DNA of 63,145 bases, the filler included, from Rhabdomonas costata (lineage: Eukaryota): NCBI GenBank assembly GCA_019059605.1. It is 36 parts of 36 records of this genome, joined end to end, with 100 filler letters (N's around TTAATTAATTAA, not from the genome) between each part and the next. Parts side by side here need not be neighbours in the genome. Positions count along the whole stretch, not along the records: positions 49,198 to 50,854 come from JAHMHO010011190.1; positions 50,955 to 52,611 come from JAHMHO010011191.1; positions 52,712 to 54,367 come from JAHMHO010011192.1; positions 54,468 to 56,123 come from JAHMHO010011193.1; positions 56,224 to 57,878 come from JAHMHO010011194.1; positions 57,979 to 59,634 come from JAHMHO010011195.1; positions 59,735 to 61,390 come from JAHMHO010011196.1; 29 more parts are not named here. One strand, 5' to 3'. This document shows positions 49,841 to 61,134 of this stretch, in pieces. Each line of letters begins with the position of its first letter. Position 1 is the stretch's first letter. The notes beneath the pieces are model-generated. The model did not search any database, had not been told where the DNA came from, and saw nothing but the letters and a program-made list of their open reading frames with translations. Both the position numbers and the translations under genes were made by a program.

Positions 49841-50854
49841 AAATTTGACTTCACAATTAACTCCTTACCAAGCAGGTAGCATTAAAGAGGTATTACATAT
49901 TTCTTACCCGTTAATGCTCTCTTATTTATCTGGCTATTTAATGTTATGTATAGATCGATTAATTTTAGCTAGGTACTCCAAAGAAGCAATGAATGCAGCT
50001 GTAACTATCGGTGTAGTTTGCTATGTATTGGATTATGGATTAGTTGGAATTACCGCAATAGTAGAAGTGTTAGTAGGGAAATTAAATGGAGCTAAAGAAT
50101 TTGCGCGAATGGGTGAACCAGTATGGCAAGCAATTTGGTTGTGTATTTTTAGTTTTCTACTTTGTATTCCATTAGCATTTTTTGGTACTAAACTCTTAGT
50201 CGCGCCTATTTATCAAGTTATTGGAAAAGAGTATTACTTTATTTCTATGATAAGCTGCCCGTTTTTTGGGTTAGCTGCTGCTTTAGGGGCATTTTTTATT
50301 GGTCAAGGTAAGGGGTATATTGTAACCATATCAGTAATCATTAGTAATTTGATCAATTTAATATTAGCATTAGCCTTAGTATTCGGTTTTGGAGTAATTC
50401 CAAGATTGGGCTTACAAGGTGCCGCTATAGCCACTTTATGTTCCCAAATATACCAAGTGATTATTTTAGCTATTGTGCTTTTTAATAAAACTAACAGAAT
50501 GCAATTCGGTATTTCCAGGTGGCGGTTTAACTATCCAATGTTTAAAGAATTGTTACATTTAGGAGTGCCAAATTCTTTATCTCACGTATTAGAGATATCA
50601 GCCTGGGCATTAGTGGCACAAATGTTAGCTACAGTTAATAACGAACAAATGACTTTATTTAGTTTAGGACAAAGTTTGTTTATTCTATTTGCTTTCTTTT
50701 CCGAAGGTTTACAAAAAGGAGTAATGGCTGTTTGTTCTAATTTTATTGGCGCTAAAAAATATCACTTGATTAGAAAAAATTTAATTTCTGCTAATTATGT
50801 GCATATAAGTTTTTGTGTGATATTGACTGTAGCTAACATTTGTGCCACAAACAC
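49833..50854 (+). CDS. Bacterial MATE family efflux transporter, 3' truncated
   Basis: ISYPLMLS..IDRLILARYS, FGFGVIPRLGLQGAAIAT, multiple TM helices; the start overlaps the upstream stop. Confidence 0.92.
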
Positions 50855-52545
50855 NNNNNNNNNNNNNNNNNNNNNNNNNNNNNNNNNNNNNNNNNNNNTT
50901 AATTAATTAANNNNNNNNNNNNNNNNNNNNNNNNNNNNNNNNNNNNNNNNNNNNTGTGGGTGTGGGTACAGGGAAAATCCGGCTGATGGCGATACGTCCG
51001 TCCAAGGGCTTGTTAAACCCATGGCTCCGTCACGAACTCCAACAAAACAAAATTTGCGGGTTTATTCATTAATCAGATTCGCAGTAAAAATACCACATAT
51101 GCAATGCAATGCTTTGATCAGTGAACTCCGGGGCTCGGGGAGTAATACTACCTGGACTAGCGGCGCTACGAGACCCACAGGGCCATAAGAATGGCCAACA
51201 GAAAAGTAACTAGCATTGACCTTCTTAACTCGGAGGCGCCGCCAGTACTGCCGGTGCAAGCATGGCAACTGCTCTAGTCCCAAAAGAGGGGGGCTCGCTT
51301 CGATGGTCACGGTGGCTTGTTTTGGCCTGGGCAAACGAAGCGAGCACAGCGGGAGGCAGAACTACAGTGGGTTGCACTTCCGTCATTAGGGTAAGTTACA
51401 TCCGGAAACTCAAAAAATGGTATGTGACGATTCGAAGTCTATTCAAAGTCTTTTAGCCTTTTTATAGAGGATCTATGTGATGACCCGGAAAGTTTCCTTG
51501 CTGGTTGACCCAAAAACCGGTTCGGTATGGAGTGCTTCGAAGAGACTACTGCGCCGAAGGCACGATTTCTTTTCGGGGGACTCCGTGTTTGTGTTGATCT
51601 TTGAAGTGAATTGTGAATTCTGTGAGCGGATGTTTGGGAAGAAGCACGTAAAGGTACGATTTAAATCCATCCATGTGTTATATTGCAGTTCTGAGTTCAC
51701 AGAGTAACGTACTCATGTTGGTTTCCAAGAAGAAGCAGAGCAAAGATTAGAATTGAGTGGGCGACCCAATTGGAAGGCGCCCAGCATCGACCAGAGGACC
51801 GTCAGAAAGGCGAAGGGATCGAAGGGGTTCGAAGCCTGCCGCTGGCCCGGAAGGATGGAGAATGACTGGCTGCGGCTTTTCTGCGGTCGAAAGGGAAATC
51901 ACCCGTGTCTCGTGTCTCAACTGAAGGCAAAGCTCTCGTGTCTCAACTGAACCACACACAACTTCACCCCCAGTGTCGTTCGCTGCCAGGCAAACACCAC
52001 AATTCCAAGATTCCGGTTTTCCAACAACTGAAGTGCCTTCCAATCACTTCCCAACATGCGATCAGGGTGGGAGCGATTCGCTTTGTTCCTGGAATCCGAT
52101 CGGATAAACCCTGACCAAAACCTATTCGTATCCCCCCTCATTAAAAGCTGCAGCTTGGGTTGGTGTGAGAGGCAACGCGGAGACCACAAGTATTGCCGCA
52201 CCTTAAAGTCACAATGCATGGGGTGGAGGTACCCATGGTATGTCAAAACTGATGCCCACCGCGAATTTCAGCCGCATCCAATATTCCAGCTTCGGCGGCA
52301 TAGCACTGGCGGCATTTTGCAACTTTATAACCGCACGATGTCCCAATCACACATGAGCACCTTCTGGAGAACATGGGCACTGGTGGCAGTCATGTGGGGG
52401 CGATGCCGGGTTTGGATGAGGACTCATGAGCAACCGTTTTCCTGAATCAAAAGAAGAAGAAAAGGAAGGGAAGGATTACCTCAGCGGCAACTTCCCAAAA
52501 TCATACCTTGCATGCTGATCCCGCACCATTCCTTTCCTTTCAAGC

Positions 52546-52581
52546 CACACACACACACACACACGCACACACACGCACACA
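52546..52581 (+). repeat. (CA)n microsatellite, imperfect
   Basis: Direct dinucleotide repeat. Confidence 0.85.
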
Positions 52582-53210
52582 AAGAAACACCTCCCGAGGT
52601 GTACGGGTCGTNNNNNNNNNNNNNNNNNNNNNNNNNNNNNNNNNNNNNNNNNNNNTTAATTAATTAANNNNNNNNNNNNNNNNNNNNNNNNNNNNNNNNN
52701 NNNNNNNNNNNGTTGTGTGTGCTGTGTTCACTGGGTGAGATTTGTTCTATGCTGAGAGTGTCTGGTTAGTCAGTGAAAATGGGAAACAACCGCTGCTGCT
52801 TAAGTATCGGCTCCTCGCCATCAGATAAGGGTGGACGCACAAGAGGTCGCTTCATGGAAAGGGTATGTACATCGCCTTCTGAAGTCATAACAGGAGTAAG
52901 GAAGAATAAGACGAAAATATGGGCGCATGGACGCGTCTGCACAGGTACAGAAGATATTATCCGCCGAAGTGCCGCCATTCATTGCGCCCACCCAAAGAAC
53001 CAATGTTCATCAGAGGGCCTCCATCTAATTCACCCAAGAGCGTATCCGCATCCCACCTCATCCGTTTCTAGACAAAAGACTGCCCCTTCCCCCCGTTGTA
53101 TCAAGTGTCACTTTCGCCGACTAACCAGACACTCTCAGCATAGAACAAATCTCACCCAGTGAACACAGCACACAGAATGCAAAAGGCAACAGCTCTAGCG
53201 TCCTGCCCAC

Positions 53211-53975
53211 TCACCGAGGGCCAGAATCGTGCTTTTCGGAGCACTGCTCCCGTGGCTGGTCCGAGAAAGACCCTTCTCGATGCTCCTCCCCGCACCCACA
53301 CGCCTGGGGATTTGCCGGAGGTTGTGGTGAGCGCGTGCGGCGGCTCACCGAGGCCAACCACGCCATGGCCTCCTCCCTCTCCTTCGGCGAGGGCGGGCGT
53401 CCTCCGTACCGGAACCCCAGCAGGAGAGTCTCCTGAACCAGCGCCGGAGTGACTTCAGGCAGAGCCTCCCCGGGCTTCAGCCAGGTTTTTCGCATCTCCT
53501 TGTACAGGGTATTCAGCGAGAGCTCTGCCAGCGCGGCGCCGTCCAGCCGAGCCATCACAAAGGCCTCCATGTGATCCGTTTCCAGCACGTCTCCCGCGTG
53601 GGTCTGCAGCCACTCTAGCACAACAGGAAGCGACCAGGTCTCTGGGGCTGGGGTGGAGGGAAAGCCTGGGCGGCGTCGGCCTTGCCCGGCGGGAGAAGGG
53701 GTTGACTTTACGGAGAAGGAGGAGGAGTCTGCAGAGACCCCGGATGGGTCCGAGGAGGTGACGCCGGAGTCCGCTGCTGGAGGGGGGGTGGTCCTGCGGG
53801 TGACTTTGGCTTTTGCTATGTGAAAGGGTGTGGGATCCTCGGGGCGATGAGTGGAGGCCAACGTCAAGCCAAGAGGCGATCGAGCGAGACGAGGCCCTAG
53901 AGGATGGGCTGCCCACTGGTGCAGGAGCAGGGTGGCGCTCCACGAGACTGCAGAAGCCCGAAATCGAAAGGGCAT
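53211..53975 (-). CDS. SAM-like domain protein with a possible mitochondrial presequence
   Basis: PETWSLPVVLEWLQ..EAFVMARLDGAALAELS is a SAM signature; R/S/L/A-rich, acid-free N-terminus; 3' end uncertain. Confidence 0.7.
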   Translation of the reverse strand: MPFRFRASAVSWSATLLLHQWAAHPLGPRLARSPLGLTLASTHRPEDPTPFHIAKAKVTRRTTPPPAADSGVTSSDPSGVSADSSSFSVKSTPSPAGQGRRRPGFPSTPAPETWSLPVVLEWLQTHAGDVLETDHMEAFVMARLDGAALAELSLNTLYKEMRKTWLKPGEALPEVTPALVQETLLLGFRYGGRPPSPKEREEAMAWLASVSRRTRSPQPPANPQACGCGEEHREGSFSDQPREQCSEKHDSGPR

Positions 53976-56224
53976 TATTTAGGGCACGCCACCGGCAAGT
54001 GAGAAAGGGGGCGGAAAGGGGGAGGGCGGAGATGGAAGTGTTCTATCCAAAAAGTGAAAGCAGGTCCTGACGGTAAAAACCGCAGAAAGCACAGATTGCC
54101 GCAACAAAATCAAGTTCGCTGAACTGAATACTCTCTGAATTTTCAATGTTTTATGCGCTACTTTCACCTTTTACTACTACTACAACACCACTACTACAAG
54201 GACACGTTGCACCGGTAGTTTCAATTGATCCCTTGGTAACTAAAGACTCGCTTTGCAAACCATTCTTTTCCCTTGTCGGCTCTCCACCCCCTGCGAAAAA
54301 AAAGCAAGTTCCACCAAAACCGACGCTGACAGATGGTGGTGGCGGACAGGCACCCACCAACCAAAACNNNNNNNNNNNNNNNNNNNNNNNNNNNNNNNNN
54401 NNNNNNNNNNNTTAATTAATTAANNNNNNNNNNNNNNNNNNNNNNNNNNNNNNNNNNNNNNNNNNNNGTGGGGTGTGTGCAAATGTGCTCTTGCAAAGAA
54501 ACCGAGTGACGTTGGGATGCGGTGGGGTGGGAGTAAGAATCGGGAGAATAACGGAAGTGGGGGGAAGAGGTTACATTGGGCAGGCAACATGAAGGGGATC
54601 ATAAGCGAGTGCATGTGTCCATGTGAGGGCATTCCGAGGGGCAATAGTTAGGTAGTAGGAGGAGGGTGGCTGGAAATTGGGTAGATAGCACACAATGCGT
54701 GCCCACTTAGTCCCGCACATACACACCCGCGCCCCAAAGGGAAATGAAAGGCTGTCATCAAACTGAGAGGGGAACCGGATCAGGTGAGCGTGGGAGGGGT
54801 GGGGCAGGCACCGGAATCGCTCGCGGGAGACTCGGACCCAGACTCATCTGCACTGTCTACTTCGGGCTCGGCATGTGCCCTGCCTCTCTTCCGGTGCACC
54901 TTCCGCGGCACCTTCAGCCGAGCCATCCTCAGTGCCAAGGAAGCAAAAACAAAAACTCAAGAACTACTAAACGAGCAACCGGAAGAGGAATGAGACTCCG
55001 CAGCGAAAGCTGCCAAAGAAAATAAGAGCACAAGAGGTTGGGACAAAGGGAATAGAGAGTGTTGGGCAAGAAGCAGCGCAAGGGAGGGGAGGGAAGCCCT
55101 TGTGCAGCCAGAGACCAAACAGAAAACCAAAAACAAAGCTTCTTCATGTGTTTCCAAATATTTTAAAGATGGTTCCATCGCCCGCCAGACACTCGTCACC
55201 CATATTTGCGGTTTCCCATATTGCAAGCTGGAGACTCTTCTTCCGTATTAAAAGAAAAGTTAAACAGGGAGGCCCTGTCTCGACAGCGGTCCGTTGTGGT
55301 GAAACCAAACTCACTGGAAAACACGTTCTCCGCCTATTTTTGGGATATGTAATACCCATGGGGCAGAATATGCATACACACGACCGCGTCCTGAAAGCGG
55401 GGTCAAGTCACCACAACGTGAGCCACGTAGATGAGTGCGCAGAGTCATCCAGTCATCCAGTGGCAAAAGATCGACTGCATCTGAAAACTTGAATAAATAC
55501 ACAGCTTCTCGATTTCTCAAAAACGTAAACAGCTGGCAAGAGACACAGCACTGCAAGACGACAGCACAGTCACCTGTCTTCGCGTTTGCTTTTCTGTGGG
55601 GGCAACTGGGGACGAGAACATCGAGAAGCGGTGTGTCGATTGATAGGCACGCCGTGCACCCGCGCAGTTGCTTTTCTTAGTACAACTGGTGAGCCACAGC
55701 GGACTCAAGCGCAAAGAGATACAGTTCCAAAAAGAAGGTCCTTTTCTACGGAGAAGGGAGATTTCTACGGAGAAGGGAGAGAACCGCAGCAGAGGTTCAC
55801 CGCTAACTGGGTAACGGCCAGAGGAAAGAAACAGAGCAACAGACTTCGAGCATATTCTACGCATCCTCAAAAGCTTTCAATGAACTGAAAGAGTGAGCGC
55901 TGAAGTGCCCAGGAAAAAAGTGACTCGCCCACCCATGGGAAACAGCATGACACGGGATGGAAAACAACCCTCAGTGTGGAAAAAAGCATGTCATCTGCTG
56001 TGGGTAAAGATTGTTCCAAGAGCAAGCACCACAAACTGGCTTATTGCAGCGAAACCTGCGCAAGCAATGCACGAAGAGAGGACAGGGTAACAGGCTTTCC
56101 GAGGAAATGACTCATCCCGCACTNNNNNNNNNNNNNNNNNNNNNNNNNNNNNNNNNNNNNNNNNNNNTTAATTAATTAANNNNNNNNNNNNNNNNNNNNN
56201 NNNNNNNNNNNNNNNNNNNNNNNG

Positions 56225-57878
56225 TTGGGGGTGCGGTTGCCGCTACGGGTGGTGGTGGTGGCTGTGCTGTGTGTTTTCACGGTGGGGCCGGCGATTGCGC
56301 TGTGGATGGTGTCGTGGCAGGCGGGCAACGATGGCATCAACAGTATCTACAGCCAGGGCCAGAGCTCTGTGGAGGTGCAGTGTGCAAACCTTGTGCAAAG
56401 CTTGGATGGCGGGACGGAACACACACATACACACGCGCAGCTTTCGCAAGCAAAATTCCCAGCCCACCTTAGAAGGATATGCTGACAATCCCCATGTATG
56501 TGTGAATGGCTGGAAAGAGGTCGGATTTCTAAACAGTTTTTCTGGGGGGAACACACGAGTACGGTAACGTGGTAAGGTGTGCTTTATGCAGTAGAGCCTG
56601 CTCTGTTCTGCTGGAATCCTGCTCCCGCTGGTAGTGTCCGATTCTTTTAGAGGTTTCAGAGACCCTCGCACCGGGCGGGAACACTCCACCTAGGGCCACA
56701 CAAACCTGATCGCCGTTTTTGGTAGAGCTGTGGAGTGAAGCCAAAATTATGGTACCGCCTAATATGTCAGGTCTTTTCAGGGCACGTTTCTGTATCTTCA
56801 CAACTCTGAAAAATTTCCTTAATCCGCGAAAAATTGAAGAAAAAAAAAGAAAGCAATTTAGGGAAAAACGTTTTGTAAAAAAACGCCCTCCCTGCTGGAA
56901 GTATTTCGAAAAGGCAGGCAACAACTCAATTAGCCGAGGCGAAACTGTATTGTCTCGAAAGGAAGTGGGTTGCTTTGTGGACGTCGTGACGGATGAGGGA
57001 AAGCGAAAGGGTGGTGGACTGCATGTGTATAGTGCGCAGATGGCACCTGTGGAGTGTTTGGGGAGGGGTTGTCGTGCTTCCGAGCGAAGAAGATCCTGTC
57101 GAAGTGATTTTCACCCCATCCCAGAGGTCCAGCTACCGAAGCGGCGCATGGCGTCAGCGGACTGGTCAGTGCGGTAGGTTGCTGGCGCGCCCAAGGGCAT
57201 GCCCAGGAGTCAAGCCTGCAACTTTTCCCCGAGTTCCTCGAGGAGCGCTGAGTGTTCCCGCCAGGTCCTATTGAAGAGCGTTGCTTCTGCCGCTGTGGAG
57301 GCGGAGGAGGAAAGGCGAATCCGCTTGTGTGGCGGACACGACACCGAGTGAGTGGTCAAATCCAGGTCGCTGCACAGGAGACGATTCAGTTGTCCGCTTT
57401 GAAGCATGAGGACAAATTAGCGGTTGTCCTGGGTTTCGCAGGGAGGTAGGCAGGAGGTGGAGCTTGCTCTCGACGCCGAGGACGGAGATGGTCCAATTGC
57501 TTCTGGGCGGTTGGGCTTGTGCGTGCTATGTGTCGCTTTGTCGCCTACGGGGCAGTGCTTTCAGGATCACTTCTGGAGGAGTATCTTGGCTCTGTTAACT
57601 CGGTTTGAACGCCTGTAGTTCGGTGTCACCCCCCCCTCCTCCTCTGTCGCTAGCAGTCTTAGCTTTCTACATTCGCGAGACTTTAGGCCTCATTGAATGT
57701 TGCTTCGCGCAGATGGTGACGGTCGCTCTTCGAAGCTCTCTGATGCGCAGCACCCGCAGCGCGTTTATGGAGCTGGTCGAGCCCTCAGAGACCATGATTA
57801 ACACCCAGGCGGCGCGTGTCCGGAGCTATGGGCTGCTGGACCTCCCCATGGACACCCTGCTGGCAAACTTCACTCCCA
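56225..57878 (+). CDS. Membrane receptor-like protein N-terminus; exons <56225-56374 and 57713->57878
   Basis: RLPLRVVVVAVLCVFTVGPAIALWMVSW TM helix, then a helical stalk; phase-0 GT-AG intron. Resembles TM1 plus stalk of sensor cyclases/kinases (inference). Confidence 0.55.
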
Positions 57879-59813
57879 NNNNNNNNNNNNNNNNNNNNNN
57901 NNNNNNNNNNNNNNNNNNNNNNTTAATTAATTAANNNNNNNNNNNNNNNNNNNNNNNNNNNNNNNNNNNNNNNNNNNNTTTTTGGGTGTCAGTTGTTTGG
58001 AGAGCGGGAGTGCACTGCATAACTGTGCTATCTTTCTTTCCTCCAACCTCCTGTGATGGAGGGACCAAATATATACATTTGTGTTAACCCATGTATCCTT
58101 GGACTGTTTTCTTGATTGTCATCATGTAGAACATAAAGAAATGCGTGGGCATTTGTGTTTTTCGTGTGAACCAATGAGCTGACAAGAAAGGGGAGGTTCA
58201 GGGAAGTGTGGCTGCAGGCGTGTTTTAGGCATTCTGCGACAGCGGACACTGGGGCCTCTCAATTGTTGTTGCTGCAGCTCACGCGATGAGTTTCCCTCCG
58301 CGCGCTACCGCAAGTCCCTGAGTTTTTTTTGCCCATGCCGTTTTGGGCTTTGAGAGTGTGTCATTTAGGACCGGGGGAAAGAGAGGTTACACAACCGTGG
58401 ATTGCCTTTATACCGTTTTGACGCACATACGCATTGACAACGACAACGTTCTTGCTCACATCGAGGGAGAGGACTCGCTTTATTCCTTTGCTTGTTCGGT
58501 TGTGCATGAAAACCACAATGCCCTCATCCCTCCAGACAAGTGCAAAAAGAAAAAGACGAGATAAGCGCCCGTGTATGACGAGAGGCTAGCTGTGATGCAG
58601 AGTGATCACATTCATTATATACCAGTTTATTGCCGACTGTTCCATGTCCCACGCTTCATAGTCACCTCATGGTCGACGTGTTGCGTTGGTGTGTTTGGGA
58701 TGGCTCAGAGAGCTGCTGTGCATTTGGTGTGCATTTGGCATGGTGACGGAATTCAGATCCCCCCCTTCATCCCCCTTCCCCCTCATCTTTCTGAGGACAG
58801 TATGTCCTGAAGTTGCTGTCTGGAAGACGTGTCACTTGTGGATACGTTCGAGCGGCGCTTGGTTTGTCTGATGAGTAGTTGCCCTTGTGTCCTTGACGTT
58901 TGTGAATGCACGCCCGCAGCGTGTTGCAGAGCAGGTTGGTATGTACGAGCACCTGCCAAAAGTGGTTGACTTCCTGCCTCCGTTTTGCTTATTCTGACGC
59001 TTGAGGCGCTGTCTTTTGGGTTGGCATACTTCGAAAGCGTTTGGTTTTTGGATAAACTTGTGGGGCCTTCCCCAAAACGGGGCTTTGCAGTCGACAGGAA
59101 AGGCTGTGGCAGCGTCTGTCCGGTCCGTTCTTGAGCTCACGAGGTCGACCGGGACGGAACCACTGGTACCAATGATTATAGAGAATTCTTTTTAAAAATT
59201 CTTTAAAGCCCCGCAAATCACATTGCACAAATCACAATTCTTGTCCCGGCCACGCCGCCATGGGGCTGGCCATCACGGCGCTGGCCTTCGACCTTTGCCC
59301 ATTAATGAATGCTTTTCTATTCGTTCATACTAGTTCCGTCCATTGGCGTCGGTATTGAGATCCTATGCTGAAGCACTCATCTGGCGGGATGAGATACACG
59401 GGTGCAGGTTTCTCCCATGCATCGGGACGCGCGGGTGTGAGCTTGCAGCCGTGCATGACGTAAGTGCGTTGGGGTTTGGATCTGCACCGCGAAAGAGTAG
59501 GGGGTCCCCGCAAAAAAAGCTGAGAAAAGTTCTGAGGTCGCAAGGTGCACTGGGAAAGAAGAGCGGGAAACAAATCTCTCTGTCTTCACGATCTGACTTG
59601 TCACAGTTTACCTAACCCCACCCACCCACACCACNNNNNNNNNNNNNNNNNNNNNNNNNNNNNNNNNNNNNNNNNNNNTTAATTAATTAANNNNNNNNNN
59701 NNNNNNNNNNNNNNNNNNNNNNNNNNNNNNNNNNGGGGTGTGGGGAGGGCAAAGGTGCACAAGAACTGCTTGACTTTATGTGTACTTTTCCGTTGTTTGG
59801 CTTGGCTAAACAG

Positions 59814-61134
59814 GTGGTTGAGTTTTTGGTCGACGAGGCGGAGGCGCAGATTGACCTGGCAATGTTCGACGGAACCACGCCCTTGCACGCGGCAGTGAGG
59901 GGCGTCCATCCTGCTGTGGTGAGTTTTCTGCTGAGTCGTGGGGCAGATGCTCGGCTGGCGATGCTCGACGGTGCGTCGGTTGTTAAGCGTTGATCCGTTG
60001 ATGAGCATTGCGGATAATTGGAAAGTATGGGCAGACTTCTGCCCTTGTACTACGTCAGTTTTTGGATGGTTCTGCATTATCGATGATCGCATGACCGATC
60101 AGGATTCACTCTGCCACATTGTGCTAGCTGGCGTAGACTCCCTACTTTCAACCTGCCCATCTCTGGTCATACCGCATCGAAACGTTTCTCAAGATATCAG
60201 CAAGGAAATGCACAAGAGCAATTTATTCTTAGAGTTTTGGGGTGGGATCACTTAAAAGCGACGAGGTGGGGGGGCGCCCGTGACGACACTCCATCCTGCC
60301 TCTGCCTCTGTGTGGCTCTGTGTGCCTCTTTGTGTATTGATGATCCTGGACACTCTTTTCCAACAGGGACTGGGCCCTTGCATACTGCGACACTCAACGA
60401 CAGCATCCCCCTGGCAAAGATTTTGCTTGTCAATGGGGCCCCACCCAACGCAGAGAAGAAGAACGGCATCACTCCCTTCTACGCCGCGGCGTATAATGGT
60501 TTGTTTGCCAGCACTTTGCCGCACATCTCGCCAGCACTTTGCCGCACTGGTGACACTGGTGACACCCCCGGGATGTCATCTTCTGTTGGAAACAGTTGTC
60601 TCGACGCATCTCCCTTATTTCAGTGCGCTTCCTGAGCCGGTCAGCACGGTTTACAATGCCCTCTGGGAAGCAGTGCCGTCGCATCCCTCACACATCTCTG
60701 GCACATCCCAGGGCTTTTGTGTTGGGTTTGAATTGTGTAAAATTTCAGTTGCATCCACCACCTCCAAATAAGAAGGTGAAAGTGATATGAGTTCTGGTGG
60801 AATTTCTCGTCCAACTGCGCGAGTTGTGCGCACGTGCGCTTCTTCCCCACACTGGCACTCGTCTCTGGACCTGCTTTTGGCAGATGTGTATTTCTGCTGT
60901 GATACCACCCAGCAGAAAGTGAGCCGTGAACGTCACCGCAGGAAACAGGAACGTTTCGCCGAGCCTTTCCATTCCTTTCCTTCCCTTCCACTTTAGATCA
61001 GCGTGAGTTGGGGCTTTCCGCAGGACATGTGAGGATGGTGCAGTTCTTGCTGGCCTTTCGTGAGGTGGACATCACCCGAGCGACGCACAACGGCACCTCC
61101 CCCTTGCACGCCGCCTCATACAACGGGCACCTCG
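59814..61134 (+). CDS. Ankyrin repeat protein; exons 59814-59970, 60367-60498, 61024-61134
   Basis: DGTTPLHAA, GTGPLHTA, NGITPFYAAAYNG|H and NGTSPLHAASYNGH; phase-1 GT-AG introns. Confidence 0.92.

Noticed and set aside
51470..52445. Short ORFs with a weak integrase-like motif (YPWYVKTDAHREF)
   Set aside because: No other DDE or zinc-finger motifs; too weak to call
52716..53174. 56-nt perfect inverted repeats around about 350 nt, resembling a MITE
   Set aside because: The left arm touches the contig start and has an imperfect inner seed like the other fold-backs; no target-site duplication can be assessed
5274..57878. Apparent cluster of sensor, cyclase and receiver genes as one signalling locus
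   Set aside because: The fragments are on separate contigs, so their adjacency is artificial
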